Assembly (NCBI GenBank): GCA_002633005.1
Contig: NMRA01000005.1
Coordinates: 2,017,739-2,081,738, forward strand
DNA length: 64,000 nucleotides
Direction: 5' to 3'
Source of the DNA: Phoronis australis
Taxonomy: Eukaryota; Animalia; Phoronida
In this document: piece after piece, positions 25,901 through 36,700 of the stretch
Layout: every line of letters starts with the position of its first letter
How positions within the stretch are numbered: the first letter of the stretch is position 1
Notes under the pieces: model-generated
What the model was told of the DNA's origin: nothing
Seen by the model: the letters and a program-made list of their open reading frames with translations, nothing else
The model's database searches: none
Made by a program: the position numbers and the translations under genes

Positions 25901-28900
25901 ACAAAGTTCGAACTCAAATAAAAGATTAGACCCTGGGCACTGAGCTCATGGAATGAATTTCAAAAATAGCTTTTCTTCATTGGTTTAAGGATATTAGGAA
26001 ACTAACAAAGTAGCTGGTGTTTGATTGTACGAATTAATCTTAGCTGATATTTAGTGCACGCCAGAAATATTTCACTACGATAGCAACGTGCTTTCAAACA
26101 GTTCAATTCATCAGGCCGCTTGCTTCAGTGCAGTATGATTTAAGGCAGATTAACAAAGAACCCTCGTCTTACCAAATTCCAATTGGTGAACTCACAACCA
26201 AGGAGCTACGTGTACTGTCTCCGAACGTCTACCTCGTCTCACTTTAACACCGTAACTGTCGTCTCCTACCTCTTCAATAGAGTCAATAGACCTACAAATG
26301 CCTCGACAATGTTTGTGCAATCAACGGTATTTTTGTTATTTGACTTAACCATCTTTTGTGTCATGAAACCTCGCAAACAATATCTTATACTTGAGTTTGT
26401 TTCCAGGAATCAACAATGAAGAGAAAGTGAAACATACCCATCTACTTTATCTACATGTTTTGGTAACAGCCGGTTTTTGCTACCCTACTGAGCCAACTCT
26501 TAAATTTGGTATTAGCCAGTTGTTTCGTTCCTCGGCAGACTGTTTCACTTCGCATTCAAATGAGCGCTTGTTGCAGGAGCATGAAGTTAATTGTATTTAA
26601 ACAGTTTAAGAAAACTTGTCGTCAAGATAGATATACGTTTTTTAATGTAAATTATGAATAGAAAAGCTATATGTTGAGTAGACATTGGATGCAGCCTTGA
26701 GTGTCGGAGTGTAAAAGCTACGATGTCATTTTTTTAGGTTTTCCTGAATTTCAGTGAGTAAAAAGATACTATGGTGGTATAATGTTGTCATACGTGTGAC
26801 TACAAACACAGGGGTGAAATTTGAAGTTCAGTAGAAAACTGAGCTGCACAAAAAGTTCAGGCTCGCACAAAATTAGGGATCTAATCGCCCCCAGCTTTTC
26901 ACCCATTATTCAGAATTCTTGGTAGCTTGGCAGGGTGATGTGTGGTTTGTTAAATTCAAATTGTTTTGGCTCAAGTTAATAAAACGTATATATTTTTTTT
27001 CGTTTTCAAATTATTTGGTCAAAAATACCCTATGGTTGTGTCGGAGGTTGAAAATTGTCCAATTTTGCCCATTTCGGAACACCATATCTCAGAAATGGAT
27101 GGTCTTACTCACATGAAAATGCACTATTCTCCAAGAGCTGGTAACAAATTGTTTTTAGCATGTTCCAATTTTGCAAGACTGAGTTTACAGTGTATCAAAA
27201 ATAGGATTGAATGAGTTTTATGAAAAATTACAATTGCATAAAACAGAAACGAAACGATAATTTAGAAAATTATAACAGCGTTTTTGAGATTTATCTTGAA
27301 CATTTTTGTCATGAATGCACCTTGCTTTTTTACTAAATTCCCCTAAAAAGCTTGGTCGCGTGACTTATTTAGTGGCAGATTGGTATAGAGTAAATCCAAA
27401 AACCAAATCTTACGGTATTTCTACTTTTGGAAAATGTATACTTTTAATGAGTTAACATCTATAGTTTTCTAAACACCGGTCTAAATACGCAGAACTGTCA
27501 ATAAGGTCGAACAACATGACCTTAAGGACAAGTTCCCAAGACTTGGACCGAGTATACTTCAACTTTCAGTCTTTCTGCACCCTGTGAAGACGAGGAAAAT
27601 TGCATTCAAGCTTATTGAAACTTAAGTCTTCTTACCTCAAATGCAGCCGTAACTATTGATTGACCTTTTACTAGTCAAACACCAAAGCTAATAAGCCAAC
27701 CCTTTCGTTGAGTGCGCAGAATACACGAGTGTTAAAATGAGTCCTGCGGTATTGTGTGCTCAAAATGACTTGATACCTGTAATAATGTGACTGCGTTTAC
27801 TAAAAGTCTATATTGTTCACGGAGACTGGTGTAATTTTTACAGACACAATTTTTTGCATGGAACTGGCAAATTCTATTTCTTTACTCTATTACAAGCTGC
27901 AAAAGCGTGTTTGGGATTTTAAAGGCCTCTTCCCTCCGTCAACATTCCTTAACGCTAACACAAGTCGGGATTTTGAGCAGTCTAGTTCTCGGGTTGAAAC
28001 TTTCCAAGTTCCATGCAAAAATAACATTTGACTGTGGAAAATACGGCGATCACCGTGAATAATCCCGATTCTTTTAAAATAAAAGCACCATCATGTGATT
28101 ACGAAAACCTGGACATTGCTTTTATATACTTAATAAAATTAAGGTTCTGTGATAATCAAAGATTTTGAAAATATATTTGCATAGGTATTTTATTAAGTCA
28201 ATCTTGGTAACGAAGGTAGCTGAGTACCTGAGCACAAATGTGGCGCGTAAAGCTAGTGGTTCCAGGTGTTCCCTTGTAATGAATGGCGATCGCGAAGACG
28301 TGCGTGCTCTTGCGTTTTTCGAGTGTATTTTCTACAGAATGGGCTCTTAACATCCACAAGCATTTGCCATTGTACTGGCTGGCCTTGGTCATTGCGGCCT
28401 TATGCATTTTTGTTCTCGTCTTTGATGTGTAAAATTTTATTCCTAGAAGTTGTAGAATATCTAAGACTTATTCAAGCAGTAGACGTTCTCTGCATCCAAA
28501 AGCTTTCAGTATGTTCGGTGATTCTTAAAACCTCAGCGAAGTTGCGACGCTTCTTAACAACACTACATTGAGTGTAAAACGCTCTCTTGGTGTCCCATAC
28601 ACGTGTCAAATATCACTTTGAAATACAACGATCAGGCACAAAAGTTCAGTCGTGATGGTGACGCAGTGGTGAAGTCGAGGCTACCCTAAGTCACAACGTC
28701 ACCCATATGGTAATGTGGCTCTGTGGAAAGACGATATCAAAACGTGTGCCGAATTTTTGTGGAAAGCATGCATTTAGTATATTGTAATGAGTGTATCAAT
28801 CGCTAGACGCAGAGGCATTTTTCAATCGATGGAACAGATCCTATCATACGGGTATGTTTTAATGTTATTCTCCATTCAATCGGAACGTCTAAATATTTCT

Positions 28901-30731
28901 TTGTTTTGTTATCCAATGAGAGCTCATGTTACATGATTAATCCATAGTGCTAATAACCTCGTTCCAGCTTCTTACGCGCAGTCGTCTTCGTGCAAGCCGA
29001 AAATACAGTCGACTTCTTGACTGTATTGACTTCCTTAGTGCTGCGTATTTTCTGTGAGTGTGAACTAACATCAGCACAGTATACACTGTGAGGTTACACG
29101 TTTTAACATTAGCCAGCGGACATCAACCTAGAATTAAAACTAAAACAGAAGTATTATAACGAAGCGACCAATCTAAACCCTTGTTGGAAGGCGGGTCAAC
29201 CCTCGTTGCCTCGTTCTAGCCTTTAGCGATTTGCCGGCTTCGTGCAAGCCGAAAATATGGCGAAGTTTCGGACTGTATTGATTCCCGTACTTGGAAATTC
29301 ACATGAGTAAACTACCCAGATAGCTGTCGCTCAGTGCCGCGCATTTACTACGAACTAATTAACACCACCAAAATGCGGACAATGAAATTTCATTTTTACC
29401 CATCGAACAATGATGTTTTGCCTTTACCCATGGAATTAAAAATAAAAAGAATTGTTGTGGTGAGGGGATCAACCTGTGTCCTGATTTGGCGAGCCCGTCA
29501 ACGTTACTAAGTTTCTCGACTTCATTTCTACAACCATGAGCAAGACTAGATCATGGTGGTGTAATTTTATAATAATAAATTGCAAAATAACCATCAACTG
29601 CGACATAAAGTCTTCTGAAAGTCAGAGTTGCACATTCTCCTCTAGCACTAAATGATGAATAAGTTTGGATTTATCTTTCTCCAACGAGTTATGCAAAATG
29701 TTATTCTCAGTAAAAACGATGTCAGTGTGAAATAAAACGCAGTGAAGCAGCACACAGTAATATCACTTTTATGAGAGCGTTACAACATTATGACATGGGT
29801 TCACGTCTCTGCACTCAAAGCTCGACTCGAAAACTCACAACTTTATTTGCTCCAATCAAACAGCATGATTAATGAAGTGTTGAGTCATGACCACGTGTGC
29901 AGTTCACGTATAATGACACAAAATGTAAAGCAAAATGTCACACGCGTAGTGCACCATTCTTGTTACCATCAGTGTTAATATTCAAATATTAATACAATAT
30001 GCACCAATGTTCATCACAGCACCAGAAAATTGCACCGGCAATACTGAGCCTTCTTGTGACACTTATGTAAAACGATACACGTAAACACAATTGTCAGTGT
30101 CAGGTTAAAAGCTCATACGAACTCATTCATTCATTATTTCAGACTTAGGGTTTAGTTCAGAGACTGAAAGACAGACAACGGAAGTATTTGCCTCAAGAAG
30201 TTAAAGAAATAAAAAAAACGGACTCAGCATAGATGTCTGTTATGGCTTTCATAATTCGATGTTGTTCATCGGTAGCTTTTACGTAAGGCAGACACGTAAC
30301 GTATTTCTAATGGCGTAAGGATTCATTTGTTGACATAACCTCTGGCAAGGTAAACCGAGTACGTAGTTATATGGGGCTATTTTTAAAAATAATTTCGAAC
30401 CCGAACACGACGGAGTTCCCATTAACATTTGGAATTTGGCTCCATTTGAAGAAATTGGACGCGCTAACCACCGACTATAGTGTGGTTTTGGCAAACTTCG
30501 GAAACCAGAAAACCTGTCATCAGCTCAAACTTCCGAAAATACACCTTGTCTGGCCTCTTATATGACGGAAATCGCAATTTACGGGCAAACGTAAATATTG
30601 CTAATAATAAAGCCCAAGTTACAAAAGTAGTAGGTGCAAGTTTAGTTACAAGAAATATGGCCAATCATTGAAATGATTTGGGTCCCGGCCTTAAATCAAC
30701 GAGGATCTGTCTCCTTGAAACCAAGGTGCCA

Positions 30732-33386
30732 TTAAAAGCCCAAAAGAAGTAATTGCTTATCGTCCTCGAAAGGCTTGTCACGCTGACCCTTTGCATATAG
30801 CAACCATCCGTCAATAACGACATAGATTTTAGAACCTTCGCCGTAATTTCTCTTAAAGTTCTCCAACGCATGCGTAAGATATTCCGATGCGTGTTGGTAC
30901 CTCGTTTGAAGTATAAGGCACTTTCCAATTGCCCCGTATACCTTTCCGACATATGCATGTTTGTCACCTAAGTGGAGTATTGCTGTATCTAAGCAATGCA
31001 TGAACTTTTCCTCACTTTCTTTGTAGACCCCCAAGCTCATCAATGTCTTTGCAAGGGCAAACTCACAGACTGCGATAAGAATGTGACTTTTGTCTTCTTG
31101 TTTCAAATGCTTCCTTCTGATGCTTAAACATTTCCCAAAATGCTTCTTGGCCTCCTCATACAACCCCTTATAGTAAGCTATATTTCCAAGCTTTGGAAGG
31201 ATGTAGGACAGCAAGTCTTCATCATTTGGTAGATATTTCTGCTGTAATTGTAAAGCGTCTCTTAATAACTTTTCTGCTTCAATGTATTTGCCTACGAAAA
31301 GGCAATTCTTTGCCTTCGCGGCAATGATTGTGATTTTTTGTCTTGGCAAAGACTCGCCTAGTAACTCTAGGGCTTCATCAAAACAACCCATAGCTTCTTC
31401 ATGACTATCAGGAACTCGCAGAAGACACGTTCCTAGCATTTGTAAGGCAGTTGGTTTAGAGACGTTTTTTTCACTTGAAAGCTCGTTTTCTAGAACTTCA
31501 ACCAGTCTACGAAAGAACAACACACCCTCTGAAAAATCTCTTCTGTAGTACGCAGAATACCCAGCTACCTTTAGCAATTCTGATTTACATTTGATTAGCT
31601 CATGCAAGGCTGCTACGTAGCTGTGCTCTTCACTTGCTGAGAGAGATCTTTGGGCAACTAAAGCGTTGTCAATGTGTCGGAGCAACGTGTGAATATGGGG
31701 GACTAGCGTCCTCAGCTTTTCCAAGCTGTCTGAATTGATGTCTTTCCATCCACATCGCTCGAATCCCTCGGGAAGAACTTTAACGATAGCATCAGTCAAG
31801 GGGCGCAACAGCTTTTCAGCAAAATGTCCGGGAAGAGAGTCTCTCAGGTCTTGCTCCTTGTACTCTCTTATGACATGCTGAACCAGCTTGTGAATGCGGT
31901 AGTGTTCACCTGGTTTTGTAGATTTGGCAATGAGGGCATAGTCTCGAAGCTTATGTACAGCATCAAGGAGTTTGGATGTATCTGGATCAGGAAAGAGATG
32001 AGACTGTTTAAATAGCCAAAGTGGAATGTCCTCTGAATCTAAAACGGAAAAGCATTTAAGCAACGTTGGGGCGTTTTCGTCAGGTCCATAAGTTGGTTCA
32101 TAAAGCGGGTCTTTACCTACAACTTTCTCAATTGCCTTGAGCAAAGTCAAAAATACAGAATGTTTGCAGTGATTATCGAAAGTTATGTTCTGCTTCATCA
32201 TCTTAGTCCTAACGGTCTTAAAATCATCGACATAGGTTTTTATGTCAAATTTACATTTTTTAATGAATGCCACCGCCTGAGAAAGTGCTAAAGGCAGATA
32301 CCCAAGAGCATCACACAAGTTTTTGATTTCAATTTCATTATCGGCATCGTGATGATTATCAGTGTGGAGACGAGATGACACGTAGTTGCATGCATCCTCG
32401 GAGGAAAATTCTCCAAGTTCAAATGGTTTGTGACCCCCCTCTGCAGAATGCGTAGTGATAATAACGTGCTGCTTGGGTTTCAACAGGTCTTCTGGAGGCA
32501 AATACTTACTAATGTCAGAATCAACGTGATCAAACACCAACAAATAAGAGTCAAGAGTTTTGAGAAAGTCGTAGACTCTTGATACGACGTTCATGTCAGA
32601 AATGTTTTCAACATTAATATCTAGGTCTCTGGCCAGGCGTTTCATGTAGTTCACGACGGTGTCGTTTCCACATCTGATCCAATAAAACAGTTGGTACTGA
32701 TCATGATGGCGATGTGCGTACTCTAAAGCTAGCTGAGACTTGCCAACACCTGGTAGACCCCAAAGTTTTATAATTTGCTGACTGTGAGCAAACCGATCAC
32801 CTGCCTGGTCTGGCTGAAGTAGACGACACAGTTCTTTCATCTGTTTTTGTCTTCCCGTAAAATTTTTATTCTGCGGTGGCAAGATGGAGGCATTATGAAC
32901 TGCAAGTAAACGGTTTTGTTTCTGTAATGCAACTTATGGATGTTATGGTGAAGTACACATTCAAATATGAAAGATACCTGTGGATTAGTGAGCTTTGCCG
33001 GGTTGAGGTGGTGGAGAGCGAAAAAATATGCAATCACGAGACAGGCAAGTTGCAATGAACTACGGGGTTTTTCAACTGACACATTAACTGAACTGAATAC
33101 TAGGTGGATCTGAGATTTTATGCTTCATATTATTAAACAACGTTCTGACCCCCTATAAATGAACTAGAAACAGAGAGAATTGGAATGAAAGGGTGCTTGA
33201 AAGGCAGAGATAGTAATTCAATTAAAGAGGAATACGTGGAAGGAAACACCAATAAATACACTGCAAAATAGTAGTGGAACTGAATGAAGCAAAATGAGCT
33301 GTTCAGCAATGTCAATTGCAAAAGACAGACAATGGAGTACGGCAAGAGAAGAGCACACGAGTAAATCAAATGGTACCGTTATCCAT
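30732..33386 (-). CDS. NB-ARC (STAND NTPase)-TPR NLR-like protein, paralog 1, about 725 aa
   Basis: Motifs: FTGR, Walker A GLPGVGKS, Walker B YLLVFDHV, sensor-1-like VIITTH, GYLPLALSQA, IHKLVQ (MHD equivalent), then kinesin-light-chain-type TPR repeats (e.g. LGNIAYYKGLYEEAKKHFGKCLSIRRKHL). Main exon 32899-30732 follows the acceptor tttacttgcag. Inferred first coding exon 33386-33377 (ATGGATAACG|gtacca; weak donor but identical in the paralog). Confidence 0.92.
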
Positions 33387-33560
33387 AATGTATTCAGGCA
33401 GTGCTCAGCGTGTACAACTTCTTCGAGGCTTGGTATTTGGTTAGACTGTCGACTTAAGTCATGTTGTACTGAAACAAGAAAAACAGATTCGGTGTATTTG
33501 GGATTAACAACGTTTGTACCCCCAAACAAACTACATTACTTGGAAGCATTGACTGCGATT
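33387..33560 (-). other. Putative 5' UTR exons and 71-nt intron of NLR paralog 1
   Basis: Donor ttccaa|gtaatg at 33539 and acceptor tttttcttgtttcag| at 33469. Both are kept in paralog 2 (gtaata; ttttcttgtttcag). An in-frame TGA lies upstream of the ATG in both copies. Confidence 0.5.
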
Positions 33561-33743
33561 TCAAGCCAACACTCCAAGTTCTGCGATGCACAAGCGATTG
33601 GTCACATAGGTGTGATCATCGTGTCACCAGTTTTGACACTTATCGTAATCTATTTTGCCGGGGTACGCCACGAGCTATGTTGTGGCGTATCTGCAAGTTA
33701 TGTTTTGTTACCTGTACCTACATTTTTACCTTCTTGATTAAAC

Positions 33744-33789
33744 CCCTGCGTCATATATTGAGAATTAGGATAGGTTTCCGCGCATGCCC
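33744..33789 (-). promoter_or_regulatory. Conserved candidate proximal promoter block of NLR paralog 1 (paralog 2 equivalent 48366-48412)
   Basis: An island conserved between the paralogs within otherwise diverged sequence. It contains TGACGCA (bZIP-like), GGAAA(A)CCT (Rel/NFAT-like) and GCATGCGC (NRF1-like). Motif roles are inference. Confidence 0.35.
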
Positions 33790-36700
33790 AACACCAGTAC
33801 ATAATTTAGTTTATTCAAGAAAGAGCGTAGTTTTAAGACACTTATTTTGTGTCAGAATTTATCTGGTCAGTTTTTGTCCCGCAACGGCTCAAAGCTGTAC
33901 CAGTAGTACACAGCTGCACCAAGGCTAGGTTCGATGCCGAGTACGTTTATCGTCCTTTGTTGATGTAATTTCAACCTACATGTCGGTATTTCTTTTCTCC
34001 CTACGATTTGCTTGTGACGTAACGCGGTCGTGTGAACTTGTCCACATTTTCAGAGCGTTTAGTCTAGCCTTTGCGTCAGTAGGCACCGTGTTTTTCGAGT
34101 TTCTCGTCTGCAGTCTCAACAGATGGCGATGTCGGTAGTGTCGTAGAACCTCGGTTGTTCTGACGACATTTGGCGCAATTTTGACGTAGTTAAAAATTAT
34201 ATTCGTCACTTTATTTTTATGACTTCTTGCACATTAGTACGGACCGTATATTAACGCAGTTTTCATATTTCCTTTACTCCAGTTTCTTATGATAAGACTA
34301 TTAGTGAAACGAACGTCAACGATTTTATGAGTCAGTCTTTAGAAAAACCAGTACTGGTAGATTTTCAAAAATCAGTCTATACGTCAAAATTCAAAACAAC
34401 TTATTTTTTGTACTTGGATAGGTATACTAACAAGAATTTATATGCCACATTTTGTGCTCTCATTGACCCCTAATTTTACCGCTGGAGCATTAGACTGCAA
34501 TTGGTCATATTGGCCATCTCTAAAAATTGTATGTTTTCAGCAACGAAAATAAGTAACGTACACAATAGTTTGGAAGTTGTGCTTTGGAGGCAGCAATCGC
34601 CGATGTATACTGTAAATAATTATTTGACATTTACTCAAATTGTTCTATACAGGAAAGATAATCCACAGGCCACTTTTCCTAGCTAATTTTAGTGACAGTT
34701 TTAGTGACCCTCTTACTATGGCTGTTACGAAGTGCCAAAGTTGACCGAAAATGGCTTCAGTGGAAACCTGCACACAAATTCAGGACATACAAATTAGAAA
34801 AAGAGTTTTGAAAGTTATGCCATGAAATTATTCGATTTTAATCTTTTAAAACATTATCGCTCATTTTGTTATCAGCTAGCTATAGATACTAGTAAAATGC
34901 ATTCAAACATGTCTACTTCGGCGCCCAATTTTGCTGCAAAATGGAGGTACATATCATAAAAAGAATGGATGAATATCTTTAAAAAGCGAATTTTTTCTAC
35001 ATCTCACCAAACCAAACACCGTGTTCTGGGTCTCAAAAAATCTGCGATTTTGGGTTTAGACTCTATCTGTTGGTTTTTATACGGAGTCACTCTTAACAAT
35101 TAAACTAAACACATTGATCATCCATCAAGAACTCTCTGTTTAATAAATTGGTCGCGCCAGCAAAAGGGTGTCAAAAATAGTTGTGATTACGTGTTCTTGT
35201 TTAAAAAGTTCTTTGTTTGGAAGGGTGAACCTTAAATCACGGTATGCCATTCCCGGCCACCTTATGAGCTCCGAAACTTAAATTCGCTGGACTCAAAGTG
35301 TATAAATGTTCGACTGAAATTGAAAATGTTGTAGAAACATGCTATTCGCCTGCATGTCGTTGTACAACGTTTTCTTGTCATACACTTGATTGGAATCCTA
35401 AAACACTGAGTTAACTTGAATTTTAAAAAAATACCTGGACGTTTCCTGCAAAACCTGTTTTTTTTTCCGTGCACCATCTCCTTGTTTATTACGCTAGGCT
35501 ACGAACCGTGATCTTTTAACCTTAAATCCGATAAGGAAAATGAGTGTTTTGGGGGATCATATATGATAACAATCAGAGCAAACTTTAATCACGAAACCCT
35601 TGCATGTATGATCACTTTCAAAATGTCATCGTTTTTTAAATTTGTAACATAAAAAGACATTTTTGTCACTATATAAACTTTTCGAACAAATGACATTTAC
35701 CTCATTGCATTATCACCAAGCAAGGTTAAACAAGCTTAACATTTCACTAGTCAGTTCATAACACCCAGCCAGTTACATGTAACTGTTAACAATCAAACGA
35801 GTGAACTACGTGCCTGATGCTACATGTACGTGGATCCAATTAACTGTTAACTTACAAACGGTGAACTACCTTCTTCTTGATGCTACATGTACGTGGCAAG
35901 ATACATGTACGATATCGGATCAGAAGACACTCCGAGTATTCTTTGTCCAAACATTGAACCATTGATCGTAATTTAGACAATGATTGACTTAAATATATGA
36001 TTCAAATGTTCATTAATTGCATCTTTATTGACCACTTCTGTCCTATCATTTTAAAACTCCCACACATTTTTTCTAGTCAGACGTTGGCGTTTTAAAAGTA
36101 TATATATTAATCACTATCATAATCTTAACACAAATACACACCAGTTAATCCTTTTGGGAAAACACACTTATAAAACGCCTGACCACTTGTCATTACACAC
36201 TCTAAGGGACTGGCTTCCTCATACGAATTGTGGGTTCTTTTACAGTTCACACGATTAAATTCCCGACTGCCTTCCATCATTTCTATATTTCATACAACAA
36301 TAAACCTGCACCTGCAGTCGCGGTACTCTAACGGGGGTTCTGTGAAGTTTATCCATGTTTCTTCTTAAAATGCAAAGATCTGGCACCCAGTGAGTTCAAC
36401 AAAAAGATAGAAGCAGGGTCTGCAATGTTTCTGAAATGTGAAATATCGTTACTTTCACCTTTCACAAGCTGAGCCAACAGAAAAAGTGTTTCCCATGAAC
36501 TGACCTCGTTTTTGCTAACAGGACTGTCATTCGCAGATACCTTCTGACCTCAAACCCGTTATCTATTCTGAAAATAAAATTATCGTGTTAGCTCTACCAC
36601 ATGTACCCGACGATTACAATTACAATTGCAAAGTGTTAAACGCTCTAAACAAAATAAAGGACAAAACACACTACTGCTGGCTGAAGATGGGAAAATCTCT

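Noticed and set aside
30665-30967. Alternative-frame and antisense ORFs overlapping the NLRs (also 45371-45673, 31824-32015, 46372-46718)
   Set aside because: They are shadows of the real coding frame and are conserved only because the underlying gene is duplicated.
33218-33737. ORFs 33294-33737 (+) and 33218-33529 (-) as genes or as an N-terminal NLR domain
   Set aside because: The frames are broken by indels in the paralog, no domain is recognisable, and the minus frame ends in phase 0, incompatible with the phase-1 acceptor.
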